A stretch of 64,000 nt of DNA from NCBI GenBank assembly GCA_965248055.1, contig CBDFIJ010000004.1, positions 3,104,001 through 3,168,000 on the forward strand, read 5' to 3'. Below the pieces are notes generated by a model. It saw only the letters and a program-made list of their open reading frames with translations. It ran no database searches and had not been told where the DNA came from. Shown piece by piece: positions 23,867 to 32,720 of this stretch. The position numbers and the translations under genes were made by a program. Positions within the stretch are counted from its first letter, which is position 1, and each line of letters starts with the position of its first letter. Source of the DNA: Candidatus Multivoradales bacterium (GTDB lineage Bacteria; Acidobacteriota; Thermoanaerobaculia; Multivoradales; JAHEKO01).

Positions 23867-24163
23867 ATGTCAGTAGTTCGTCGTCGATTTAGCAAAGAGT
23901 TCAAACGAGAAGCAGTACATCAGGCTCTGGAAAGCGATCTGCCGATGTCGTCAGTGGCTCGAGATCTAGGCATCCGGCCGAATCTTCTGGGTAGGTGGAA
24001 GCAGCAGTACTTGGATGACCCAGACCAAGCGTTTCCCGGCGAGGGGCGTTTAAAGCCAGAGGAAGAGGAGTTACGTCGTCTTCGCCGCGAGCTGGCGATG
24101 ATGAGAGAGGAACACGCGATCCTAAAAAAAGCGGTGGCGATCTTCTCGGATCGACGACGATGA
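23867..24163 (+). CDS. IS3 OrfA
   Basis: AAGGAGG SD; RRRFSKEFKREAV HTH; ILKKA end; A7G frameshift motif at 24124-24131. Confidence 0.92.
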   Translation: MSVVRRRFSKEFKREAVHQALESDLPMSSVARDLGIRPNLLGRWKQQYLDDPDQAFPGEGRLKPEEEELRRLRRELAMMREEHAILKKAVAIFSDRRR

Positions 24164-25059
24164 GATTCGATTTCATTCGCCGTCATCGGCGCGAGTATTC
24201 TGTACTCGTCATGTGTCGTGTGCTGGAGGTGTCACGCAGCGGCTATTACGCTTGGGTGCGTCGCCCAGAGTGCCGACGTGGCCGAGAAGATCGCCGACTT
24301 CTGACTCAGATTCGTATGATTCACTCCGAGAGTCGGCGGACGTATGGGAGCCCTAGAATCCATGGTGAGTTGCGAGACCAGGGGTTTTGCCACAGCCGCA
24401 AGCGTGTGACTCGGTTAATGCACAATCACGGCATTCGCTCAATACGGGCCAAGCAGTTTCGGGTAACGACGCAGTCGAAACATAAGCATCCGGTGGCTGC
24501 GAATGTATTGGACCGCCGTTTCGAGGTCGAAGATCCCAATCATGTGTGGTTGAGCGATATAACCTACATTCCCACCACTGAAGGCTGGCTGTACTTGGCA
24601 GCGATCATGGACCTTGGGTCCCGGCGTATTGTTGGTTTTTCGACCAGTACTCGTCTGACTCAGGATTTGACTCTACGGGCCCTGGAGAGCGCTCTCTATG
24701 AGCGCCGGCCAGATCCTGGCAGGCTCCTGCACCACTCTGATCGCGGTAGTCAGTACGCAGCGTCTGACTATCGCAAGAAACTCGAAGATGCCCGCATCAC
24801 GGTGAGTATGAGCCGTAAAGGCAACTGCTGGGACAACGCACCGATGGAGAGCTTCTTTGCCAGCTTGAAGACCGAGCGGGTGCATCATGTGCGCTATACC
24901 AGTCGTCGACAAGCTCAAAGAGACCTCTTCGATTACATCGAAATTTTCTACAACCGCAAGCGACGCCACTCAAGCCTCGGAGGCTTGAGTCCTGTCGCCT
25001 ATGAAGACCGACTCGCTGCTTTGGCAACGGTCGCTAACCAAACCGCTCTCGCTCAATGA
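24160..25059 (+). CDS. IS3 OrfB DDE transposase
   Basis: WLSDITYI, HHSDRGSQY, DNAPMESFF and YNRKRRHSSLG motifs; ATGA overlap with orfA. Confidence 0.95.
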   Translation: MRFDFIRRHRREYSVLVMCRVLEVSRSGYYAWVRRPECRRGREDRRLLTQIRMIHSESRRTYGSPRIHGELRDQGFCHSRKRVTRLMHNHGIRSIRAKQFRVTTQSKHKHPVAANVLDRRFEVEDPNHVWLSDITYIPTTEGWLYLAAIMDLGSRRIVGFSTSTRLTQDLTLRALESALYERRPDPGRLLHHSDRGSQYAASDYRKKLEDARITVSMSRKGNCWDNAPMESFFASLKTERVHHVRYTSRRQAQRDLFDYIEIFYNRKRRHSSLGGLSPVAYEDRLAALATVANQTALAQ

Positions 25060-25164
25060 GAGCTAAACTATGTGTCCACCAAAACGGGGCAGCTTCAGTT
25101 GTAGCTTTGGCCGGTCTCCGCAACCTTCGGGCGGGGATCAACCCCGCCCCTTGTATGTTTGTGG

Positions 25165-25305
25165 AGATGAGTCTCTTCGGCAGGGAAGCTGTCCCGCCCC
25201 TTAGGCCCTGAGCCTGTACGTAGATCAGCTCCCTGCCTTACCTCTCGAACGCCGGAGAGAATCTGAGGCCCTAGAGCCTGCATTCACAAGGTCGGTGCGA
25301 GAGTT
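25165..25305 (+). ncRNA. IS110 bridge RNA with target- and donor-binding loops; ends approximate
   Basis: Stem 25179-25191/25226-25237 encloses CCCGCCCCT and CGTAG; stem 25242-25247/25298-25303 encloses AGAGAATCT and ACAAG. These match the target and donor junctions. Confidence 0.85.
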
Positions 25306-25354
25306 ACCCAAGGTCAGGGAGCCGAAGGGACAGTGTAACCGAAAGGAGAAAACG

Positions 25355-26359
25355 ATGAAGAAGCCACTGCCCTGCGGAATCGAAGTCAGCGCCAAGTCCT
25401 TTGAGCTATGTCTCAAGCTTGCCTCAGGCAAGCTTGAGAGGCGACAGTTTGCAAATACTGCGTCCGGTATTCGCCAGCTGGCCGCTTGGCTCAAGAGACA
25501 AGAACGGCCCGTTCAAGCGGTCCTGGAAGCCACCGGAGTGTACGGTCAAGATCTGACCTTCACTCTGTGCAAAACCACAGGTGTTGAGGTCATGGTTGCC
25601 AACCCTCGTGCTGCTCGCCGTTTCGCTGAAGCTTTGATGAAAAGAGCCAAGACCGACCGCATCGACGCGGAAATGCTTTGTCAGTTTGCTCAACGCATGC
25701 CGTTTGAAGAGTTCCAGCCACCTGGTGACCAAGAACTGGCCCTAAGGTCCATCACCCGCCGCATCCTGGCATTGACTCAACAACGAACAGAGGAGAAGAA
25801 CCGACTCCATGCTGCATCTGCCTCTAGAACGATTCCGGCAGCTGTAAGCCAAAGTCTTAATCGCCAAATCGTTGTACTGAATCGGGAAATCGATCGGCTC
25901 GACAAACAGGCACTCAAACTCATCAACAACCAGACCAAACTCAAGATACGTTATCAATTCCTGCTGAGTATCCCGGGAATCGGACCCAAGAGCGCATCTC
26001 GGATTCTTGCCGAACTCGCAGTGCTGCCCAAAGAGCTCACCCCTAGGCAATGGGTCGCTCATGCCGGACTCGATCCGAAACCGGTCGAATCCGGCTCCTC
26101 TGTCAACAAACCACGAAGAATCTCCAAGACCGGAAACTCACGCCTTAGACAGGCTCTCTACATGCCCGCTCTCTCGGCTGCGAGGGCCAATCCTCACTGT
26201 CGAAGTTTCTATCTCAGTCTCCAACAACGAGGACTAAAACCCATGCAAGCGATTGTCGCCATCATGAGAAAACTACTCCACGCCATTCATGGAATCTGGA
26301 CACACGCCACTGACTTTGACGCTACAAAGCTCTTCCCAAATGTCGTTATTAACCATTGA
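25355..26359 (+). CDS. IS110-family recombinase (DEDD plus Ser domain)
   Basis: AAGGAG SD; GIEVS, LEATG, AKTDRIDA, IPGIG, ESGSS, ISKTGNSRLRQALY and AIMRKL motifs. Confidence 0.95.
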   Translation: MKKPLPCGIEVSAKSFELCLKLASGKLERRQFANTASGIRQLAAWLKRQERPVQAVLEATGVYGQDLTFTLCKTTGVEVMVANPRAARRFAEALMKRAKTDRIDAEMLCQFAQRMPFEEFQPPGDQELALRSITRRILALTQQRTEEKNRLHAASASRTIPAAVSQSLNRQIVVLNREIDRLDKQALKLINNQTKLKIRYQFLLSIPGIGPKSASRILAELAVLPKELTPRQWVAHAGLDPKPVESGSSVNKPRRISKTGNSRLRQALYMPALSAARANPHCRSFYLSLQQRGLKPMQAIVAIMRKLLHAIHGIWTHATDFDATKLFPNVVINH

Positions 26360-26406
26360 CCCCGAACAGAGAATCTACGGAGCGAGCGGTCGCTGTTACA
26401 TTTCTT

Positions 26407-26432
26407 GTAGGGGAGGGGTTTAGCCCCTCCCG
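26407..26432. repeat. GTAG-type REP
   Basis: GTAGGGGAGGGGTTTAGCCCCTCCCG hairpin. Confidence 0.75.
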
Positions 26433-26529
26433 GTTCTCTTGCAAGGTGGCACGAGTGTTCGGGCCGACGAATCACCAGCCAACAACACCAAGGACAAGCC
26501 GTTACAATTCGTAGCAGAGGGAAAGAACT

Positions 26530-27267
26530 ATGGAGTGGCTGAGCAACCCGGAAACTTGGATCGCATTGGCAACTTTGACCGCGGTCGAAATTGTTCTCGG
26601 AATTGACAATATTGTTTTCATCGCGGTGCTGGCGGGGCGCCTGCCACCGGAGCAACAGGGACGCGCTCGCACCCTTGGGCTCGCTGCTGCGATGCTCACT
26701 CGTATCCTGCTCTTGCTGTCGATTACTTGGGTGATGGGCTTGACCAAGCCGTTGTTTGAGGTGCTTGATTTTACCTTCTCCGGTCGCGATCTGATCTTGA
26801 TCGGCGGTGGGTTGTTTCTGTTGGGCAAGAGCACTCTGGAGATTCATCACAGTCTAGAAGGTGTGGATGGGGAAGTGCATACTAGAGTCGTGGCGTCCTT
26901 TGCGGGAGTGATCTTTCAGATCATGATCCTAGATATTGTTTTCTCCCTAGACTCGGTGATCACTGCGGTCGGTTTGGCGGACCAAGTTGGGGTGATGGTG
27001 GCAGCTATTGTGATCGCGGTGGCAGTGATGATGCTGTCCGCCGGGACCATTTCCAAGTTCATTGACGAACACCCGTCTTTGAAGATCTTGGCTCTATCAT
27101 TTCTCTTGTTGATCGGCATGAGCCTGGTCGCTGAAGGCTGGGAGTTCCATATCCCCAAGGGATACATCTACTTCGCGATGGCGTTTTCAATCTTTGTCGA
27201 GATTCTCAACTTGCGTCTGCGTCGCGGCCGGGCTGTCAAGCTGCACAAGCAGTTTGAAGACAAGTGA
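26530..27267 (+). CDS. TerC-family membrane protein
   Basis: EIVLGIDNIVFI, LDIVFSLDSVITAVG and HIPKGYIYFAM motifs. Confidence 0.95.
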   Translation: MEWLSNPETWIALATLTAVEIVLGIDNIVFIAVLAGRLPPEQQGRARTLGLAAAMLTRILLLLSITWVMGLTKPLFEVLDFTFSGRDLILIGGGLFLLGKSTLEIHHSLEGVDGEVHTRVVASFAGVIFQIMILDIVFSLDSVITAVGLADQVGVMVAAIVIAVAVMMLSAGTISKFIDEHPSLKILALSFLLLIGMSLVAEGWEFHIPKGYIYFAMAFSIFVEILNLRLRRGRAVKLHKQFEDK

Positions 27268-27300
27268 CTGGGTGACCTCACCCTCCCTTGGTGTCACTTG

Positions 27301-27666
27301 GTAGGAGCGGGGTTTACCTCGCCCGCGGTTTTCGATCTACATCATCAGGAGAGACAAAAGGCCGGGCTGGTACCGCCGGTCTCTGGCGCTGATGAAGATC
27401 CCCGACCCCCAGAACCCCCAACCTTCGGGGATGACATTGGTGCTTTGTGACCTTGTTGCTGAGTTGCTGATCTGCCGACTGGCGCTGCCTCTTGTAGGGG
27501 TGGGGTTTATCCCCACCCGCGGGAGCCCATAAAGGGCTCCCCTACGGAGAGGTGTGTCTTTGAGCCCGTCATCCCGGCGAGGCGTTTCAACCTCGTCATC
27601 CCGGCGGGTGTTAGAGCCTGCCCCGGCGCAAGGGGGGTGAGGGCCCGGCGCGGGGGGCCGGGATCC
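27301..27666. repeat. REP cluster between convergent genes
   Basis: GTAG...CTAC doublet at ~27494-27545 plus several GTCATCCC/GGGATGAC units. Confidence 0.85.
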
Positions 27667-27689
27667 GTCTCCTCATGAGATCGGAAAAC

Positions 27690-27716
27690 AAAAAAGGAGC
27701 CCCGTGCGGGGCTCCT
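27690..27716 (-). terminator. Rho-independent terminator of the PDZ gene
   Basis: AGGAGCCCCG-TG-CGGGGCTCCT inverted repeat with a T tract on the minus strand. Confidence 0.75.
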
Positions 27717-27734
27717 GAAGGAGAGTTTGTTTAC

Positions 27735-28670
27735 TTACTCCATGGCTGGGCAGTCAGCCACCTCGCCATTGACTTTGCACGAGCAGTTACTGCGGTCTTC
27801 GCTTTCGCAGCGAACTTCGACTTGACACTCTTCCAAACCTTCGCATAACTCGTCGGTATCGAAATCGTGAACTGCCATGGCGTGGACTCCTGGAGCGCCT
27901 GGAGTGTGAGGCATACCCTTCATCTTGCGAATCTCGATGCGTTTGTTGGCATGCGGTGCTCCCATCATGTGCATCTTGCCGATCGGCAATTTTTTGGTCT
28001 CGAGGGTTGCCTCAACTACGGTCTCACGACCGTCGCGCAGCACTCCCAGACGGACCGCGTCGCCGCCTTCTTTGCCGTGGATGGCACCGACCAGGCCGTG
28101 TCCGGCGAGGGGTTCGCCATCGACCGAAGTGACGATGTCACCGACCGCCAAACCGGCGCGGGCCGCGGGGCTGTCCTCCATGACCTTCGAGACCAGTACC
28201 GCATGGTCTGCGGCGGCACCGAAGTGTTCGGCGAGTTCTTCGGTCAAAGATAGAAACTGCACACCCAGGTAGGCGCGCGGTCCGTGGGCGAAGCCAAAGG
28301 AATGCCCTTCATCGTTCGACCACGCCATCGGCGCGTTGTGCTCGCCGGAGCCGCTCTTGTAGACAAAGACTTGGTGATTTTCGCAGTCTTCTCCCTGACA
28401 TGGGTGCAGCATGTCGCCGTTCATCACTTTTTCGATGATCACATCGACGTCACATTCTTGGCCCTGGCAATCTTCATTGACCCAAGCCAAGGGTGCTTCC
28501 CGGTCGTGGACAAAGACGTGTTTTTGTTCGTCGCAATCTCCGTCTTCGCACTTGATAATGATTTTCTTGACCGTTTTGCGCTCGGTCTTGGGCGCATCGT
28601 CGCCCGCCTGGGCGCTGCTGACCGCAAGTCCGAGGGAGAGGATTGCGGCGAGGATGGTTGTTGGTCGCAT
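27735..28670 (-). CDS. Secreted PDZ-domain protein with Cys/His-rich flanks
   Basis: Signal peptide (AQA); AYLGV...VSKVMEDSPAARAGLAVGDIVTSVDG PDZ signature. Confidence 0.85.
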   Translation of the reverse strand: MRPTTILAAILSLGLAVSSAQAGDDAPKTERKTVKKIIIKCEDGDCDEQKHVFVHDREAPLAWVNEDCQGQECDVDVIIEKVMNGDMLHPCQGEDCENHQVFVYKSGSGEHNAPMAWSNDEGHSFGFAHGPRAYLGVQFLSLTEELAEHFGAAADHAVLVSKVMEDSPAARAGLAVGDIVTSVDGEPLAGHGLVGAIHGKEGGDAVRLGVLRDGRETVVEATLETKKLPIGKMHMMGAPHANKRIEIRKMKGMPHTPGAPGVHAMAVHDFDTDELCEGLEECQVEVRCESEDRSNCSCKVNGEVADCPAME

Positions 28671-28881
28671 TGGGGCGATTCTCCTATTTTGGATTGGATT
28701 GTTTTTGCAGATTTGCAGGTTGTTTCATCGGTTTGGGTACTCGGCGGTATTGCCGCCGTTCGATCAGTACAACGACCCGAGCTGAGAAAAGGTTCCGACA
28801 ATCGGATTTGCTCCGGAAACTGGGCAATTGGGCGAATCTCGGTTTGGTAACTGCGTGGATCGCTCATATCATCGGTGCCTC

Positions 28882-29880
28882 ATGAGTGACTCGCCCCAAG
28901 CCCTGCCTCTGGTTGTTCTCGCTGGTAGCGACGAGGAGCCGGCGGCGCTTCCCGAGGGCGCTGACAAACACGCGATCCACGGCAAGAAGGGGCTTGAGGT
29001 GCAGGTGGAAGGCCGAGCGCTGATCGACCACGTTTTGGAACGGATGCAGGCGTCTGGCCACTTTGGCCCAACTTATGTTGGAGGGCCGCGGTCGGTCTAC
29101 GGGGAGAACCGCGGAAGCGCTGAGGTGATCGATACCGATCGGAGTCTGGGCGAGAATCTGCAAACCGTGATTGAGGCGATGATCGAGCGGCATCCTAGTC
29201 AGCCGGTTGCCTTCACCACCTACGACATCATTCCCGACCTAGACGAGTTGGATACCTTGATGGAGGACTATCGGGAACATGTGCCGATGGACTTTTGGTA
29301 TCCGTTGGTTCTGGCGCGCGAAGAAGATCTGGGGGAGTCGGCGTGGAAGCCCAAGTATCGCTTGAGACCGGAGGTTGGCGAGCCAGCGCGAGTGGTGTTG
29401 CCTTGCCATCTGATCGTAATGCAGCCTGGGGTTTTCCGTTTGGGACTGGTCTACAAGGTTCTGGATCTGTTGTATCGGAGCAGGAATCGACCTGTTCTCT
29501 ATCGCTTGGCATACGGCCTCAGCAGGATGGCTGGTTATTTTGTTTCTCGCGATTTTCGCCACCTGATGGCGTTGCGACCGCCGGTGGTTACCTTGCCGAT
29601 CATGTTCCAGGGCACCCGATTGGCACTGCGTTTGCGCAGGGGGGCGATGACCACCCAGGAACTTGCCGATCGGATTCGGGCAATCCTGGTGCGCTGGCGT
29701 CACCGCAAGGATAATCCCGATCGGCGGGGCCGAATTCCGTTGGTTGACGCCTTGTCCTTTGCCAAAGACATTGACACCTTTGAAGAGGCGGAAGAGCAGC
29801 GCAAGTTATTTCGACTGCACCGCACCAAGGCTGCCACTGCCAAGTTTCGTTCCCGTTTCCGCCAGTCCCCGCCTTCTTGA
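28882..29880 (+). CDS. MobA-like NTP transferase-fold protein
   Basis: VVLAG...GKK...VEGRALIDHVL N-terminus and DIDTFEE C-terminal motif; start moved to ATG 28882. Confidence 0.65.
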   Translation: MSDSPQALPLVVLAGSDEEPAALPEGADKHAIHGKKGLEVQVEGRALIDHVLERMQASGHFGPTYVGGPRSVYGENRGSAEVIDTDRSLGENLQTVIEAMIERHPSQPVAFTTYDIIPDLDELDTLMEDYREHVPMDFWYPLVLAREEDLGESAWKPKYRLRPEVGEPARVVLPCHLIVMQPGVFRLGLVYKVLDLLYRSRNRPVLYRLAYGLSRMAGYFVSRDFRHLMALRPPVVTLPIMFQGTRLALRLRRGAMTTQELADRIRAILVRWRHRKDNPDRRGRIPLVDALSFAKDIDTFEEAEEQRKLFRLHRTKAATAKFRSRFRQSPPS

Positions 29881-29902
29881 GATCCATTCTCTTCGCTTAA
29901 GA

Positions 29903-30134
29903 GATCCCCGACCCCCCGACCCCCCGAACCCCCGACCCCCCGACCCCCCGACCCCCAGAACCCCAGAACCCCCGACCCCCAGAACCCCAGAACCCCCGAC
30001 CCCCAGAACCCCAGAACCCCCGACCCCCAGAACCCCAGAACCCCCAGAACCCCAGACCCCCCGACCCCCAGAACCCCAGAACCCCCAACCCCCAGAACCC
30101 CAGAACCCCAGAACCCCCTCCCTTCGGGGATGAC
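29903..30134. repeat. REP half-unit expanded by an 8 bp C-rich tandem repeat
   Basis: GATCCCCG, then about 25 CCCCAGAA/CCCCCGAC units, then CCTTCGGGGATGAC; unexpanded form at ~27397-27435. Confidence 0.9.
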
Positions 30135-30183
30135 GATGTTGGGTAATTCCGGCTACCGGCCTGCCGTCCGGGCGCTGTCTCTT

Positions 30184-30404
30184 GTAGGGGCGGGGTTTAC
30201 CCCGGCCCGTGGCCTTTTCGGTCTACATCAGAAGAGGTGAGAAGGCCGGGCGTTCAAAAAGGACGCCCCTACGAAGAGGGCGCGTGATTTTGTGCAGCGC
30301 AGCACCGCCGTTGTCATCCGTAGGGGTGGGGTTTATCCCAGCCCGGGTCATAGATCTAGATCGGATAAGGCAAAAGGCTGGCCGCCCGTAAAGGACGCCC
30401 CTAC
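30184..30404. repeat. Two GTAG...CTAC REP doublets
   Basis: GTAGGGG(C/T)GGGGTTTA.CCC.GCCCG ... GGACGCCCCTAC occurs twice. Confidence 0.8.
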
Positions 30405-30427
30405 GAAGGAGGGATTACGCCAGCTTG

Positions 30428-30813
30428 GTCATCCCGGCGGGGGAGAGGGAGAAGAGAAGACGTCCTGCAAGAGAATGTCATCCCGGCGAGGGAGAGGGAG
30501 AAGAGAAGACGTCCTGCAAGAGAATGTCATCCCGGCGGGGGAGAGGGAGAAGAGAAGACGTCCTGCAAGAGAATGTCATCCCGGCGAGGGAGAGGGAGAA
30601 GAGAAGACGTCCTGCAAGAGAATGTCATCCCGGCGGGGGAGAGGGAGAAGAGAAGACGTCCTGCAAGAGAATGTCATCCCGGCGAGGGAGAGGGAGAAGA
30701 GAAGACGTCCTGCAAGCGAATGTCATCCCGGCGGGTGTGAGGGAGGGGGGCCGGGATCTGTTACGTGATTGGAAAAGGTCTCCTCTCCCCACCCAACCCC
30801 CTCCGGGGATGAC
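30428..30813. repeat. 6 x 49 bp tandem repeat followed by a GTCATCCC REP pair
   Basis: GTCATCCCGGCG(G/A)GGGAGAGGGAGAAGAGAAGACGTCCTGCAAGAGAAT at 30428, 30477, 30526, 30575, 30624 and 30673. Confidence 0.95.
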
Positions 30814-30841
30814 ATTCGTGCTGCGTGATGTTGTTAACGGA

Positions 30842-32719
30842 CTACCGATCAATAAAGAACGGACTCGACCACGCGGCGCCAAAGCCACGCTGGCGCACCC
30901 GGACGTAGAGGTAGGAAATCTTGCGGGTGTCGAGCGTCAGGTCCCAGGAACCAAAGACACCGGACTTAACCGGGTGCTCGGCGATCACCGCTCCATCAAC
31001 GATCACTTCAAAGGTTGCTAGCTGCTCTGTGCCGGCAGCAAATATGCGCAAGAGGGCTGCTGAGTTACCGGCAACCTCGGACCCCATTTCCATTCCATCG
31101 AGACGCGCGCGTAACAGGATTCTGGGCCCGTTGGTGGCATAGCTGCGGCGGGTGCGCAGTGCTTCCAGAATGTCAGCTCGGGAGTTGCTCTTGCTGAATA
31201 CCGCTGCCATGCCACCACTGGGTGAGGCCAGGTGTGCCAGCCCGGGATGGCCATCGTGACTGTCGCCGCTACCGACGAAACCTAGGTTGTAGCCTCGGTC
31301 CAGGGCATCGCGGACAAATTGACCTGGTTTCGCCCCGGTGACCAGCCCTCGGTCGTCGTCGGCTTCACTGGAACCGTGTACTGAAACGATCTCGGTAATC
31401 GGTTCCAGGACTGGATCAGGGGTGATCGACCAATCGGTCGGGATCGGTGCCCCTGCGGAATGGTGGGCAAAGGTCAAAGCAGGGAGACCTGTGAGCGCCG
31501 CCCAAAGCTGCTGTGGATGCTCGGTCTCGCGGTTGAGAGAGGAGAACATCGGGCCACGATCGGCAAAGTACACTACGTGGCGATGACCGTAGATCCAACT
31601 GGTCCACTCGTATCCCAGCAGGGCGACAAATCGATCTGGCTGATGGGCTACTGCTACCGCTTGGCGAATACGCTGCCAGCTTTGCGGCGCGCCGTCGAGC
31701 GGCTCCAAGCCCCAGTGGTCGTGGTCGGTAATCGCCGCGAAATCCAGCGCAGCCACTTGCTGTGCGTACCAGAAGTAATCTTCCGGAGTGCCGGTACCGT
31801 CAGACAGGCCGGTGTGCCCGTGTAGGTCGCCCCATAGGATTCGCGGGAATTTTTCACTGGCGAGCATGGGATTGCTCAACGCTGAATCAAGGTCAGCTCC
31901 ATGAATCTCGACTCGGTAAAAACCCTCTGTTTCGACCGTGAGCATCTCGCTGCCGGTTCCCTGTTGGATCGTCACTTGTCTCGGTCCCGATAAGCCACTG
32001 GGGAGATCGAGGGTTACCCTGGTGGTGGGTTCGATCGCCAAGTTGCCCCAGGCGTCGACCGATGCCACGCGTAAGGGAACTCGATCACCTGCTTGTGCCG
32101 TGGCTGGCAAGTGCACGAGCCAAGCAGCCGCCGAGCCCGCTTCAACCACTGCAAAGGGTCGACCGGCGACCCACGAGCGCACTCCGTCGCCGTCTCCATC
32201 CACGCCGATCCAAAAGCGCGACTCGCGATCTCGATAGCGGTCGCTCCGTGCGCCGATTTCGCCTCCGTAGTCGATGCGCACTCGATCCCCTGGTTGCAAA
32301 GCTTCCTGCACCACGATTTTCAGCAGTTGTTGGTCGACCGTGCGCGGCTCGACTCGGCGAGTCGGGGTTGTGCTCACTTGGGTGTAGCCGAGGCGGTTGG
32401 GGGTACTGGTCTGCGGCGTGCTCCAACCCCAAAACGGCGATACCTGGAAAAAGATCGAGCCGCCGACTTGAATCCCCAGCTCACCGGCTTCATAGATCAA
32501 CGTCCAGGAAGCTGGCCGACCGGCGAGCGCCGGTTTTGGATCGACCAACCAAGCTTTGCCACCGCCGTCGGCGGGATGGCGCTCGGCGTCGCGAAACTCG
32601 CGCAACGCCACAGCAATCTCTGGCCGCGCTCCGGGTGGGAACGCGGCAGTGGGTTCTCCGCAAGAGACCACAGCGATCACAAGAGACAGCAGCGCGACGC
32701 GAGGGGAGCCGAAGCGCAA
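30842..32719 (-). CDS. PHP-domain metallohydrolase (CehA/McbA or DUF3604-like), probable lipoprotein
   Basis: WGDLHGHT..SDG, ITDHD, GYEWT and GSGDSHDG motifs; lipobox-like VVSC. TTG 32719 chosen to avoid overlap; start uncertain. Confidence 0.8.
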   Translation of the reverse strand: MRFGSPRVALLSLVIAVVSCGEPTAAFPPGARPEIAVALREFRDAERHPADGGGKAWLVDPKPALAGRPASWTLIYEAGELGIQVGGSIFFQVSPFWGWSTPQTSTPNRLGYTQVSTTPTRRVEPRTVDQQLLKIVVQEALQPGDRVRIDYGGEIGARSDRYRDRESRFWIGVDGDGDGVRSWVAGRPFAVVEAGSAAAWLVHLPATAQAGDRVPLRVASVDAWGNLAIEPTTRVTLDLPSGLSGPRQVTIQQGTGSEMLTVETEGFYRVEIHGADLDSALSNPMLASEKFPRILWGDLHGHTGLSDGTGTPEDYFWYAQQVAALDFAAITDHDHWGLEPLDGAPQSWQRIRQAVAVAHQPDRFVALLGYEWTSWIYGHRHVVYFADRGPMFSSLNRETEHPQQLWAALTGLPALTFAHHSAGAPIPTDWSITPDPVLEPITEIVSVHGSSEADDDRGLVTGAKPGQFVRDALDRGYNLGFVGSGDSHDGHPGLAHLASPSGGMAAVFSKSNSRADILEALRTRRSYATNGPRILLRARLDGMEMGSEVAGNSAALLRIFAAGTEQLATFEVIVDGAVIAEHPVKSGVFGSWDLTLDTRKISYLYVRVRQRGFGAAWSSPFFIDR

Positions 32720-32720
32720 T

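Larger units (their letters stand above)
23807..25097 (+). mobile_element. Complete IS3-family element (1291 bp)
   Basis: TG...CA termini; imperfect IRs TGGAGTTGACCCGTTTTAGTGGACAC / GTGTCCACCAAAACGGGGCAGCTTCA; GTT duplication at 23804-23806 and 25098-25100. Confidence 0.95.
25152..26376 (+). mobile_element. IS110-family element (1225 bp) inserted at a CT core inside a REP
   Basis: Flanks ...CCCGCCCCT| and ...GAGAATCT|ACGGAG rebuild a REP end homologous to 23495-23550; no terminal IRs. Confidence 0.9.

Noticed and set aside
30428-30721. CRISPR array
   Set aside because: Units are contiguous with no unique spacers, and there are no cas genes in the window.
29663-30768. Repetitive ORFs (PRTPEP, GGRGFW, RRGRGRR)
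   Set aside because: Translations of non-coding tandem repeats derived from REPs.
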